Shown: positions 27,859-38,753 of the stretch, in pieces
Layout: the number at the start of each line of letters is the position of its first letter
Numbering within the stretch: position 1 is the stretch's first letter
Origin: Myxococcota bacterium
Lineage (GTDB): Bacteria > Myxococcota_A > Polyangia > DASYRF01
DNA: 64,000 nt
Assembly (NCBI GenBank): GCA_036004705.1
Contig: DASYRF010000518.1
Location: forward strand, 24-64,023
Reading direction: 5' to 3'
Notes under the pieces: model-generated
Told to the model about the DNA's origin: nothing
The model's input: the letters and a program-made list of their open reading frames with translations, nothing else
Databases searched by the model: none
Program-made: the position numbers and the translations under genes

Positions 27859-30800
27859 TCAGTGAATCGCGGTGGGCGTGGGCGCGCCCGGCGGCGCGTC
27901 CGGAACGGGAGCAGGGGCCGGGGAGGCGGTGGCGGCGGTAGCGGCCGCGTCCGCAGGCGTGCCGAACACGAACAGGTAGTCGCGCAGCAGCTCGATCTGC
28001 TCCTTGTACTTCCCCTTCAACACCGGCGCGTCGTCGGCCGAGGAATCGACCACGTAGAAGAGCGTCGGCATGCGCGTCGACGCCGGCGCCGCGAACGACA
28101 GCGGGTCGGTGAGCCACGTCGCCAGGAACTCGGCGCGCAGACGCTCCTTGGCCAGCGTCAGATCGGGCGCCAGTGCGCTCGGGTCGACGTCGCCCGCCGA
28201 GGCAGCCCCCGCCGCCGGATGGCACTGCTTGCACTGCTTGAAGGCGAACAGCGTCTTCGCATCGGCGAGCCGCTCTCCGCCGAGCGGGTCGTGCACCTGC
28301 GCCTCGAAGGGGAACGACACCTTCGACATCCCCGCGAAGTACCCTGCCAGCGCGGTCGAGTCCTTGTCGCTGAAGCCGAACGTCGGCATGCGCACGTCCA
28401 GCCACGGCCGCAGCGGGATCGGCTCCTTCAGGAACTTGAACACCCAGGGTCCCTGCACCTTCTCGCCCTCGCGCCACAACGACGGCGGACCCTTGGTCGC
28501 GTCGGGGCCCACGAACTTCGCCATCAGCGCCCCGGACCACTGGTCGATGTTGTGGCAGCCGAAGCAGTTGCGGTCGATCATGATGCGCCGCCCGTCGTCG
28601 ACGGCCTTCTCCGCGGGCGTGCGCACGCGCGCCAGCCCGCCGGTGTTCTCCTTGCCGCGGTTTCCCTTCAGGAACACCATCACCGCTTCGAGCTCGTCGG
28701 AGTGCAGCTCGAACTCCGGCATGCGCGTCTCGATGCGCTCGGTGCCGAAGGCGCGCGGGTGCTCCAGCTTCAGCTTCAGCCACACATACCAATTGTGCAG
28801 GTGGTGGTCCTCGACGGCGTTGCCGAAGTCGAGCAGGTTGTGATCCTTGAGGCCGAACTCGCTCAGGTCGGCGCCGATCTTGCCCTCCGACTCCAGCGTG
28901 GGGATGTCGTGGCAGCCCGGGCAGCCGTACTTCTTCACCAGCGCCTGGCCGCGCGCGATGAGGTCCTTGTCCTCTAGGCCCGCCGGTGGCGCGTCGTAGG
29001 CCTTGTCGCCTGTCTTCGTCATCAAGAAGGCGACGATGTCGGCCGCCTCCTGGTCTGGCAGCCGCAGCGACGGCATCCGCGTCGACGGCCACAGCGACTT
29101 CGGGTCCTTGATCCAGGCATAGGCCCATTCGGGCGACAGCTTGGCTCCGACGTTGCTCAGGTCGGGGGCGTGGCTGTAGTGGCTGAAGCGGTTCTTCGTC
29201 GGATCGACCTTCGAGGCCGCGTCGATGGTGTGGCACCCCTCGCAGCCGCGCGCGTGGAAGAGCTTCTCACCGCGCGTCGCGTCGCCGTCGACTGGCAGCG
29301 CCGCCGGGATCGGCCCGCGATCCGCCATCGTCACGCTCATCAGGAAGGCGGTCATCGCCTTGGCCTCGTCGTCGCGTCTCGCCGTGTACGTGGCCAGCGC
29401 CGCCGCCGGATTGGCCGCGTCGTAGATGAGCGGGATCTTGTCGTGGTCGCGCACCTCGGGGAAGAAGTTCGGCATCTTGGTGCGCGGGCGGAACGCCTTG
29501 GGGTACTTGATCCACTCGACCAGCCAGCCCGCCTTCGTCTTCATCCCCAGGCGGTTCAGGTTGGGGCCGATCTTGGCGCGGTCAGCGAACCGCGGGATCG
29601 GGTGGCAGCCGAAGCAGCCCACCTCGGCGACGATCTCCGCCCCGCGCGTCAGCGTTGGCGCCCAGTCGACCAGCCGGAAGCCCTCCAGGTCCTTCCTCTC
29701 GCAGCTCTTCTTGTAGGGCTTGTCGGGGGTGGGCGGCGGCGGCTCGGGCTCGCCGGGCTTGGCTACTGGCTTCACCTCCGTGCAGGCGTAGTTCGACGGG
29801 CAGTCGGTGTCGGCCGCGCACGTCATCTCGTACCAGATCCCCACCTCGGAGTTGTGGCACTTCAGGCAGCTGGCCTCGACGAACTTCTTGCTCGCGCGCA
29901 GCTCGGGCAGCACCGCCAGCATCCCGGCGTGGCCGCCCGCTTCGCCGTGCCCCGCGGCAGCGCCCGCTTCGGCGGCGGCCGTCGCCGGCGCGGCGCTCCC
30001 CGGCACGGCCGTCCCCGCCGCCGCGGCCGCGGCACCCGGCACGTCGGGCAGCTTCTCGAGGTTGCGCGCCGGGTAGAGGTCGAGCAGCGGCGTCTCCCAG
30101 TAGTGGTCGTCGTAGGCGTGGTCGTACTTGGCGCCGAGCGCCCCGACCCCCTTGGTCTGCGGCCCTTCGCCGTCGTGGCAGACCGTGCAGCCGAACGTCT
30201 CCGGCGGATGCTTCGCGAGGAGCACGTCGCGGCGCGGGTGCGTGCGGTACGGGTTGACGTACTTCTCGGTGTTCTCGAAGCCCGCCTTGTCGATGCCTAC
30301 GTGACACGAGACACAACGATCCACGCGCCCCAGGTGCGTGAGATTGAACTGGATGATCTCACTCGACGAGCTCTTCGCCTTCTCGAGCTTGCGCTCGGCG
30401 TCGGCGATCGGCTTCTCGTACTCCTCCAGCTCCTTCTTGATGTCCTCGAGGCGTCCGTCGAACGTCGCCACCTCGGCGAGCGCGGCCTTCTTCGCCGCCT
30501 CCAGCGCGTCGACCTTGGCCTTGATGGCGATGACCTCGGCGGTCTTCTTGCGCAGCAGCAGCTCCTCGCGGATGGCGCAGTATCCGTTCAGCGCCGGGGG
30601 CACCAGCTCCGGGGGCAGACAAAGGCCGGGCGCGTCGCAGTCCGCGTCGGCGGCACAGCTCGCCCCCAGTCCGCGCGGCGCCGGCGTGGCCGCCGGCGTG
30701 TGGCCCGGCGCGGTGATGGCGATGGTGTACTTGTAGAAGAGCTCGTCGCTCTCGCCCTTGCGGAACGCGAGGTTCTGCTCCCCGCCCTTCAGATCGTCGG

Positions 30801-31107
30801 CCACCTTGCGCACCTTGTCCTTGGCGGCGGCGTAGGCGGCGGAGCGGGCAGGGTCCTTCAACCCCGCCTCCAGGTCGGCCATCTCCTTGTGAAGCGCCTC
30901 GATCTTGGCGGCGTCGACCTTGGCCTTGGCGGCGGCGAGCTCTTCCTCCGCCGCCGCGGCGGAGAGGCGCGCGAACTCGTCCTGATAGTTCTTCCACGGA
31001 CGGCGGGTGATGACCTCGTCGTAGGCGACCCAGGCGATCGTCCCGGCGACGATGACGCTCAGGATGAAGAACGACCAGCGGTGGGATTCCTGCTCGACAA
31101 TGGACAC
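27859..31107 (-). CDS. Membrane-anchored octahaem c-type cytochrome (1082 aa) with an N-terminal TM helix and coiled-coil region
   Basis: GTG at 31107. TM segment: WSFFILSVIVAGTIAWVAY. Ala/Glu/Lys-rich heptad-like stretches follow. Eight CXXCH motifs: CVSCH, CTVCH, CLKCH, CFGCH, CEGCH, CPGCH, CFGCH, CKQCH. Several sit in class-I-like units ending in ..MP.F/L. Confidence 0.85.
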   Translation of the reverse strand: MSIVEQESHRWSFFILSVIVAGTIAWVAYDEVITRRPWKNYQDEFARLSAAAAEEELAAAKAKVDAAKIEALHKEMADLEAGLKDPARSAAYAAAKDKVRKVADDLKGGEQNLAFRKGESDELFYKYTIAITAPGHTPAATPAPRGLGASCAADADCDAPGLCLPPELVPPALNGYCAIREELLLRKKTAEVIAIKAKVDALEAAKKAALAEVATFDGRLEDIKKELEEYEKPIADAERKLEKAKSSSSEIIQFNLTHLGRVDRCVSCHVGIDKAGFENTEKYVNPYRTHPRRDVLLAKHPPETFGCTVCHDGEGPQTKGVGALGAKYDHAYDDHYWETPLLDLYPARNLEKLPDVPGAAAAAAGTAVPGSAAPATAAAEAGAAAGHGEAGGHAGMLAVLPELRASKKFVEASCLKCHNSEVGIWYEMTCAADTDCPSNYACTEVKPVAKPGEPEPPPPTPDKPYKKSCERKDLEGFRLVDWAPTLTRGAEIVAEVGCFGCHPIPRFADRAKIGPNLNRLGMKTKAGWLVEWIKYPKAFRPRTKMPNFFPEVRDHDKIPLIYDAANPAAALATYTARRDDEAKAMTAFLMSVTMADRGPIPAALPVDGDATRGEKLFHARGCEGCHTIDAASKVDPTKNRFSHYSHAPDLSNVGAKLSPEWAYAWIKDPKSLWPSTRMPSLRLPDQEAADIVAFLMTKTGDKAYDAPPAGLEDKDLIARGQALVKKYGCPGCHDIPTLESEGKIGADLSEFGLKDHNLLDFGNAVEDHHLHNWYVWLKLKLEHPRAFGTERIETRMPEFELHSDELEAVMVFLKGNRGKENTGGLARVRTPAEKAVDDGRRIMIDRNCFGCHNIDQWSGALMAKFVGPDATKGPPSLWREGEKVQGPWVFKFLKEPIPLRPWLDVRMPTFGFSDKDSTALAGYFAGMSKVSFPFEAQVHDPLGGERLADAKTLFAFKQCKQCHPAAGAASAGDVDPSALAPDLTLAKERLRAEFLATWLTDPLSFAAPASTRMPTLFYVVDSSADDAPVLKGKYKEQIELLRDYLFVFGTPADAAATAATASPAPAPVPDAPPGAPTPTAIH

Positions 31108-31242
31108 GGTGCTCTCTCCTGCAGCCCCGTCGGCGGGGCGACGGCCCTATGTCCCGGAAACCGCCCGGAATTTCACGCGCGCTGTGCTATCACGAGCGCC
31201 GCACGGGTGTCAACGCCGACGGCCGCCGCGCGGCGCAGGCGG

Positions 31243-32457
31243 TCAGGCGCCGCTGGCCAGGGCGCGGGCCAGGCGCGCGAGGCCCTCACGCAGGTCGTCC
31301 GCCCCCACGGCCGTGTAGCAGACCCGGAACCAGGCGGTGTAGTCGCGGCCGAAGGCTTCGCCCGGGGCGAGCGAGACGCCCGCTTGCACGGCGCGCTCGA
31401 TGAAGGCCCACGACCCGCCGGCGGCGAGGCGGGGCGGCACCCGGGCGAAGACGTAGGCGCCTCCCTCGGGGGCGTGGAACTCGGCGCCGGCAGCGCGCAG
31501 GGCGTCCACGGTGAGGTCGCGCGCCTCGGCGTAGTCGCGTCGCATGCGCTCGACCCAGGCGTCGCCCGCGCGCAGGGCGCCGAGGCCGCACCATTGCGCC
31601 GCGTCGGGCGGGTTGTAGACGACGTGGTTGGCGATACGCCGCATCGCCGCGCGCGCCGGCTCGGGTGCGTACAGGTAGCCGAGGCGCGTTCCGGACATCG
31701 CATAGCTCTTGGAAAACGTGAACGACGTCAAGGTGCGGTCGGCCATGCCGGGAAGCGCGCCGATCGACACGTGCAGCGGGGCGGGGGCGACGGCGCCGGC
31801 GGCGGCGCGGCCGGAAGCCGCCCCGGGCGCGGCGGCGCGGGGCGGCGGGAAGACGTACTCCTCGTACGCCTCGTCGGCGAGGCACCAAAGATCGTGGGCC
31901 TGGCAGAACGCCGCCAGGCGCTCCAGCTGCGCGCGCGACAAGATCTTCCCGTCGGGATTGTTGGGCGTGATGAGGTAGAGCGCCACCGTACGCGGCGTGA
32001 CGTGCGGCTCCAGCAGGGCGGCCGGATCGGCGCCCGGATCGTCGTAGAGCGGCTGGGTGAGCGGCACCTCCACCGGAACGCCGCCGGCGGCGCGGACGAT
32101 GCCGCGAATGAGCGGCCAGTAGGGCGCCGCGACCAGCACCTCGTCGCCCGGGTCGAGCAGCGCGCGCACGCCGGCGAAGATGGCCTGGGTCGCGCCGCAC
32201 GTCACCTGCACGTCGTCGGCGCCGGCCATCAGCCCGTTGCGGCGGCGAAGCTTCTCGGCGAGCGCCGCGCGTAGCTCGGGCAGCCCGTGCGGATGGCCGT
32301 AGCGGTAGAGCCCGTGCTCCGCCTCGTGGGTGGGCCAATCGGGCGCCTCGAAGCGCGCCTCGGCCGGCGGCGAGCAGAACGCGTCGCCGACGTGAAGCTG
32401 GATGACCCCCGGCGGCGCGCGCCGCATCATCTCGCCGAGCGTGGCGAACACCGACAT
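31243..32457 (-). CDS. Class I/II pyridoxal-phosphate-dependent aminotransferase
   Basis: ATG at 32457 (MSVFATLGEMM). Conserved blocks: ITPNNPDGK, the PLP-lysine block TFSKSYAMSGTRLGY, and PGEAFG. Confidence 0.85.
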   Translation of the reverse strand: MSVFATLGEMMRRAPPGVIQLHVGDAFCSPPAEARFEAPDWPTHEAEHGLYRYGHPHGLPELRAALAEKLRRRNGLMAGADDVQVTCGATQAIFAGVRALLDPGDEVLVAAPYWPLIRGIVRAAGGVPVEVPLTQPLYDDPGADPAALLEPHVTPRTVALYLITPNNPDGKILSRAQLERLAAFCQAHDLWCLADEAYEEYVFPPPRAAAPGAASGRAAAGAVAPAPLHVSIGALPGMADRTLTSFTFSKSYAMSGTRLGYLYAPEPARAAMRRIANHVVYNPPDAAQWCGLGALRAGDAWVERMRRDYAEARDLTVDALRAAGAEFHAPEGGAYVFARVPPRLAAGGSWAFIERAVQAGVSLAPGEAFGRDYTAWFRVCYTAVGADDLREGLARLARALASGA

Positions 32458-32564
32458 CTGCAAATGCACGGCATGCGAGCCGACGTCGGGAAAGCGCGGC
32501 ACGGGCGCATGGTAGCGCAGGTCGCGAACGCGCGGGCGAGGGTCCGTACGGCGGGGAACGAGGG

Positions 32565-33809
<1,245 letters not shown>

Positions 33810-33814
33810 CGTCA

Positions 33815-35188
33815 TCAGAAGAACAGGTGCGCGAACACGAGCACCTCGTCCTCCCCGTTGGTGTGGAACGACTCCGCCTTGGTCACGCGATGACGCCACA
33901 TGAGCTTGATCTCGGAGTTGGCGGTGAAGAAGAGCTCGAAACCGGCCCCGAAGCGCGTCTCCGCGCCCGAGGCCAGCGACAGGTCGGGGTCCTTGAACTC
34001 CCACGTGCCGACGACGTCGAACCCTTGCAGTACGGCGAACGACAGCTCGTGATAGACCGCGAGCCCGCGCGCGAAGCCCGTCGTCGACGCGTCGCCCACG
34101 CGCAGGTCCGTGCCACACGCCTCGCCCATCATCGGCGGCACCGTCGCCACCCAGGGGACGTTTTGCGCCAGGTCCGCCTCGGCCAAGTAGGTGAAGCGCC
34201 CCAACGACGCGCCCAGGAACCCGCCCGCGAGGAGCTCCTGGACGCCGCAAGGGGTGGGGCCGGTGGCGCCCGCCAGCAGCGGCGTGGGGCCGCTGACGTG
34301 CGTGCGCACCGCGGCGCTCAGCCCCAGCACCAGGCTGAGGTCCTTGAAGGCATGCGCGAACGTCAGCGTGGCGTACCCGCCGTAGCTCTGGTAGGGCGAC
34401 GCCGACCGCGCCCCGGTGGCGAGCGCGGTGTTGCTGAAGGGGAGGCCGAGCGCGAGGTTCAGCTGGAACGGCCCGACGTAGACGCCCGCCTCGACCCCCG
34501 TCTCGCGCGTCAGCGGCCCGACACCCAGCTCCTCGGTGACGTACGCGCGGTGCTCCTCCAGCCGCAACCCGTAGCTCGGCGTGAAATGGCCGGCGCGCAC
34601 GTAGCCCTTGCCGGGATGCGTGTACAGCGCCCACGCTTCGTAGCCGGCGCCGCGCACCGACTTGTCCACGTAGAACGTCGTGAAGCGGCCCAGCTGCGCC
34701 ATCACGTAGACGTCGGCCTGCATCAGGAAGAACCCGTCGCCGGGGAAGTCCTGCGCGTTCAGCGGATCGCCGGTGATGGGGTCCTCGCCGACCTTGTCGA
34801 CGTGCAGGAACGCCAGGCGCAGGTCGCCGCCGATCGCCAGCCAGTCGGTCAGGGCGCCGCTCAGGCCGAAGCCACGCCACTTGCCCTCGGCCGCGGACGG
34901 CGCCCCGGCGGGGTCGTCGGCGTAGTCCCCCGCCATGGCCTTTTCTTGTGGGTCCAGGAAGCTGAACGCCAGGCGCGTCTTCTCGAAGACGTCGCGCCCG
35001 TAGTCATTGCGCCCGCCGCCGCCGTTGGGGTTCACGTGGCACAGCGTGCAGTGCGCGCCGTTGCGCACGGCGAACCGCGGTAGCGCGCGCGCGGCGACGG
35101 GGGCGGCCAGGAGCGCCACGACACCCAGGACGACCGCGGCGGCCCGCGCCGCGACCGTCGCCGCGACCCCCCGTTGGCGGGCAAGCAT
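33815..35188 (-). CDS. Outer-membrane beta-barrel-like protein with a single N-terminal CXXCH haem motif (Cyc2-like fused cytochrome-porin architecture)
   Basis: ATG at 35188. Signal peptide MLARQRGVAATVAARAAAVVLGVVALLAAPVAARA, then LPRFAVRNGAHCTLCHVNPNGGGGRNDYG. About 400 aa of alternating amphipathic strand-like segments follow. The terminus VLVFAHLFF is typical of OM barrels. Confidence 0.65.
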   Translation of the reverse strand: MLARQRGVAATVAARAAAVVLGVVALLAAPVAARALPRFAVRNGAHCTLCHVNPNGGGGRNDYGRDVFEKTRLAFSFLDPQEKAMAGDYADDPAGAPSAAEGKWRGFGLSGALTDWLAIGGDLRLAFLHVDKVGEDPITGDPLNAQDFPGDGFFLMQADVYVMAQLGRFTTFYVDKSVRGAGYEAWALYTHPGKGYVRAGHFTPSYGLRLEEHRAYVTEELGVGPLTRETGVEAGVYVGPFQLNLALGLPFSNTALATGARSASPYQSYGGYATLTFAHAFKDLSLVLGLSAAVRTHVSGPTPLLAGATGPTPCGVQELLAGGFLGASLGRFTYLAEADLAQNVPWVATVPPMMGEACGTDLRVGDASTTGFARGLAVYHELSFAVLQGFDVVGTWEFKDPDLSLASGAETRFGAGFELFFTANSEIKLMWRHRVTKAESFHTNGEDEVLVFAHLFF

Positions 35189-35302
35189 GGGTGCCTGATA
35201 TCATCGTCGCCCGGCGCAGGTCAACGACACGCGCGGGGCTGGCACGTTCGCGGTGCCGGCCGTCCAACAGCGAGGGTGTGGGGCACCGGCGCGCGGACGT
35301 GC

Positions 35303-35330
35303 TTGACACACCCCGGCGCGGCCCTAGATT
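35303..35330 (+). promoter_or_regulatory. Candidate promoter upstream of dnaJ (sigma-70-like; also partly resembles a sigma-32 heat-shock promoter)
   Basis: TTGACA (35303-35308), a 16-nt spacer, then TAGATT (35325-35330). Read another way, CTTGAC-N14-CCCTAGAT resembles CTTGAA-N13/14-CCCCATNT. It lies 54 nt upstream of the ATG at 35384. Pattern match only. Confidence 0.4.
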
Positions 35331-35383
35331 ACGCATAGTCTGCCCTCCGGGCGAGGCGCCCGCGGCCGGAGCGGCAGCACGTC

Positions 35384-36559
35384 ATGACCAAACGTGATTA
35401 CTACGAAGTCCTGGGAATCGACCGGGCCGCCGACGGCGGCGCCGTCAAGAAGGCTTATCGCCAAAGGGCGTACGAGTTCCATCCCGACCGTAACCCAGGC
35501 GACAAGTCCGCCGAGGAGAAGTTCAAGGAAGCCGCCGAGGCGTACGAGGTCCTGTCCAACCCAGACATGCGCGCCGCGTACGACCGCTTCGGCCACGAGG
35601 CCGTCCGCCGCGGCGCCGGCGGCGGACCGTCGCCGTTCTCCGGCTTCCAGAACGTCGAAGACGTCTTCTCCCATTTCAGCGACATCTTCAGCGACATGTT
35701 CGGGTTCGGCGGCTTCGGCGCCGGGCGCCGCCGGGGCGGGCGGCGCGCCGGCCCCGCGCGCGGCGCGGACCTGCGCTACGACGTGGAGCTGGAGTTCCTG
35801 GAGGCGGCCAGCGGGGTCAAGCGCGAGCTGAAGCTGGAGGAGCTGGTGGCGTGCGCCGCGTGCGGCGGCAGCCGCGCCGAGCCGGGCAGCGCGCCCCAGA
35901 CCTGCCCGCGCTGCGACGGGCGCGGCCAGATCGTCCACAGCCAGGGAATGTTCATGCTGTCGACGACCTGCCCGCAGTGCCGCGGCGAGGGGCAGGTCAT
36001 CGCCAAGCCGTGCCGCACGTGTGGCGGCGAGGGACACGTGCGCCAGCAGCGCAAGATCAGCGTCGACATCCCCGCGGGCGTGGACGACGGCGTGACGATG
36101 CGCCTGCGCGGCAAGGGCTCGGCCGGCGAGCGGGGCGGCCCGGCCGGCGACCTGCACGTGGTGATCCACGTGAAGGCGCACCCAGAGTTCGTGCGCAAGG
36201 ACTACGACGTGCACTCCGAGCTCGCCGTTTCGTTCGTGCAGGCCGCGCTCGGCCACAAGACGAGCGTCAGCACCGTGCACGGGGAGGCGGACGTGGAGGT
36301 GCCGCGCGGGTCGCAGCCCGGGTCGACCATCGTGCTGCGCGGGAAAGGTGTCCCCCACCTACCGCAGGACGGCGGCGGAGCCGGGAGCCACGTCGTACAC
36401 GTGCGCGTCGAGATCCCCGAGGAGCTGACGCCGGCGCAGGAGAAGCTGATGGAACAGCTCGCCGCCGAAATGAGCGTCGACGTCCACCCGGTGAAGAAGA
36501 AGGCCAAGCGCGGCGGGCTGCGCTCCTTCCTGGAGCGCCTGCGCGACGAGATTGGCTGA
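35384..36559 (+). CDS. dnaJ: Molecular chaperone DnaJ (type I)
   Basis: J domain DYYEVLGI...AYRQRAYEFHPDRNPGD. Gly/Phe-rich region. Four CxxCxGxG zinc-finger repeats: CAACGGSR, CPRCDGRG, CPQCRGEG, CRTCGGEG. Confidence 0.95.
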   Translation: MTKRDYYEVLGIDRAADGGAVKKAYRQRAYEFHPDRNPGDKSAEEKFKEAAEAYEVLSNPDMRAAYDRFGHEAVRRGAGGGPSPFSGFQNVEDVFSHFSDIFSDMFGFGGFGAGRRRGGRRAGPARGADLRYDVELEFLEAASGVKRELKLEELVACAACGGSRAEPGSAPQTCPRCDGRGQIVHSQGMFMLSTTCPQCRGEGQVIAKPCRTCGGEGHVRQQRKISVDIPAGVDDGVTMRLRGKGSAGERGGPAGDLHVVIHVKAHPEFVRKDYDVHSELAVSFVQAALGHKTSVSTVHGEADVEVPRGSQPGSTIVLRGKGVPHLPQDGGGAGSHVVHVRVEIPEELTPAQEKLMEQLAAEMSVDVHPVKKKAKRGGLRSFLERLRDEIG

Positions 36560-36693
36560 GCCGGCCCCCGCGCCGCCGCCGCAGGCGAGAGCCGGCGCAG
36601 CATCGTTGAAGCTCGCGTTCCTCGACGGCCTCCGAGGCGGGCCCGGGGCGCGACACGCGGCGGACGAGCGCGTCCCCCGTGGTGCAGGGCGGG

Positions 36694-38745
36694 TCAGGGC
36701 GCAGGCGCGGGCGCGGGCGCGCTCGCCGGCGTACTGGCCGGTGCGCTCGCCGGTGTGCTCGCCGGCTCGCTCGCCGGTGCGCTCGCCGGCGCCGCGGGCG
36801 GCGGCGTGGTCAGCGCGTGCCGCGGCCCCATCGCCTCGCCGCGCGTCGCCAGCACGTACGCGACGACGTCGTCGATCTCCTTGTGCGTCAGCTTCTCGCC
36901 GAACTTCGGCATCTCGTTCAACGGCCCGAAGAACTTCTCACCGCCCGGATCGTGGACGAACTCCTCCAGCCATCCCGCCGTGGCGTAGCCCTTCAGCTCC
37001 GGCCCCGGCGTTCCGTAGTCGCGCCCCTCGCCGGCGTACAGATGGCAATTCTTGCACTCCTTGTCGGCGAACAGCTTCTTTCCCTTGGCTACCAGCGCGG
37101 CGTCGACCGCCTTCTCGCCGCCCTCCGCCAGCATGTATTCGGCCAGCGCCTCTGCCTCGCCGGGGCCGTCGTAGGGCGGCATCAAGCGCATCTTCGTCGG
37201 CCCGAACAGCCGCGGCTCTTCGGCGAGCCGCATGACCGCCACCAGCCATTCGCGCCGCGCCCAGCCCATCAGCTCGGGCGCACGGTCGCCGCCCTCGCCC
37301 GCCAGCTTGTGGCACTGCTGGCAATGCTCGACGAACACGCGGGCGCCGTTCGTCATGGGGTCGCTCTCCCAGAGCGCCGGGCCCCCGCCGGGCGGCACGC
37401 CGCCCGCCGCCAGCGCCACCGCGCGCGCGGCGATCGCGTCCGCCTCGGGCCGCGCCTTGGCCACGGCCGGGTCGAGCGCGTCCTCGTGAATGGCGAGCGC
37501 CGTGAACGCCACTACCGCGCCCAGCCCGGCGAAGACCAGCACCGTCCAGCGCCCGCGCCGCCCCGCGGCCGCCTCCGGTCCGCTGTCGGGCTCGGGCATC
37601 TTCCACAGACTCCAGCCCACCAGGGCGAACACCGCCGCGGTCGGCAACACCACCGCCCAGAGCAACCGCACCACGTCGCGCGGCCCCGGGCTGCCGAAGC
37701 CCGCCAGGTTCAGCGCGACCGCCAGCAGCGCCGGCGCGACGAAGGCGAGCGCCGGCTTGAGCCCGCCGTTGGCCGCGCGGCGCTCGGGGCCGCGATCCAG
37801 GAACGGCAACGCCAGCGCCAACAGCGAGGCCAGCCCTGGCAGCACGACAGTGCCGATCGGCTGCAGCGGCCCCTCGAAGTACTTCAGCAGCTGGAACAGC
37901 GCCATGTAGTACCACTCGGGACGCGCCAGATAGTTCGACGACGGGTCGGCCGGCGCGTCGAGGCGCGCGCCGCGCGCGGCGAACACGACCGCTGCGACCA
38001 CCACGAGGACCGCCGTCATGAAGAACGCGTCGCGCGCCGCCTGCTGCGGCCAGTAGGTGTCGACGCGCGCCAGCGTCGCCTTGCCCGCCCAGGGCGGCGG
38101 CGTCGCGCCCTTCCGCCGGTAGAGATACAGGTGCGCGACCGACAGCGCCACGACCAACCCGGGCAGGACGAACGCGTGCAACGCGAAGAAACGCGTCAGC
38201 GTGAGGTTTCCAAAGTCGCTCCCGCCCACCACAAGGCGATCGAGCGCCGCGCCGACCAGCGGCGTCGACGCGATGATGTTCGTCGCGACGCGCGTCGCCG
38301 CGAAGGCACGCTGGTCCCACGGCAGCAGGTAGCCGGTGAAGCCCAGCCCGAGGATGAGGAACGCGAGAAGCACGCCCACCATCCAGTTCAGCTCGCGCGG
38401 CGCCTTGTGCGCACCGTAGACGAACGTCTGCGCGCAATGCGCCACGACCAGCACGATCAGCGCGCTGGAGCCCCAGTGGTGCAGGCCGCGCAGCAGCCAC
38501 CCGCCGGTGACCTGGTACTGGATGAAGTAGACGCTCGCCCACGCGTCGGTGGCGGACGGGCTGTAATAGAACGCCAGCAGCACGCCGGTCACCGCCTGCA
38601 GGGCGAAGGTGGCGAGCAGCGCGGTGCCGAACACGCGCGCCCAGCGCGCTCCGCCCGGCAGCGGCGCGTCGGCGAAAGCGCGCCACAGCCGCGCCACGCC
38701 GGCGCGGTCGTCCAGCCACTCCCACAGCCGCCGCAGCCCGCGCAT
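36694..38745 (-). CDS. Cytochrome b (N- and C-terminal domains fused) with a C-terminal dihaem cytochrome c domain
   Basis: ATG at 38745 (MRGLRRLWEWLDDR). Conserved blocks: FYYSP, GLHHWGSSALIVLVVAH, FTGYLLPWDQ, FFALHAFVLP and PEWYYMALFQLLK. Extra TM helices are followed by CQQCH and CKNCH. Pro/Ala/Ser-rich tail. Confidence 0.9.
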   Translation of the reverse strand: MRGLRRLWEWLDDRAGVARLWRAFADAPLPGGARWARVFGTALLATFALQAVTGVLLAFYYSPSATDAWASVYFIQYQVTGGWLLRGLHHWGSSALIVLVVAHCAQTFVYGAHKAPRELNWMVGVLLAFLILGLGFTGYLLPWDQRAFAATRVATNIIASTPLVGAALDRLVVGGSDFGNLTLTRFFALHAFVLPGLVVALSVAHLYLYRRKGATPPPWAGKATLARVDTYWPQQAARDAFFMTAVLVVVAAVVFAARGARLDAPADPSSNYLARPEWYYMALFQLLKYFEGPLQPIGTVVLPGLASLLALALPFLDRGPERRAANGGLKPALAFVAPALLAVALNLAGFGSPGPRDVVRLLWAVVLPTAAVFALVGWSLWKMPEPDSGPEAAAGRRGRWTVLVFAGLGAVVAFTALAIHEDALDPAVAKARPEADAIAARAVALAAGGVPPGGGPALWESDPMTNGARVFVEHCQQCHKLAGEGGDRAPELMGWARREWLVAVMRLAEEPRLFGPTKMRLMPPYDGPGEAEALAEYMLAEGGEKAVDAALVAKGKKLFADKECKNCHLYAGEGRDYGTPGPELKGYATAGWLEEFVHDPGGEKFFGPLNEMPKFGEKLTHKEIDDVVAYVLATRGEAMGPRHALTTPPPAAPASAPASEPASTPASAPASTPASAPAPAPAP

Positions 38746-38753
38746 CGCGCGCG

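Noticed and set aside
29170-32274. 1034-aa ORF on the plus strand
   Set aside because: It is antisense to the octahaem cytochrome and aminotransferase genes, both of which have unmistakable motifs. Its composition is Arg/Gly/Ala/Val-biased.
35240-35258. Possible sigma-54 promoter (TGGCACGTTCGCGGTGCC) upstream of dnaJ
   Set aside because: The GG and GC dinucleotides are 14 nt apart rather than the canonical 12, and the -12 region does not read TTGC.
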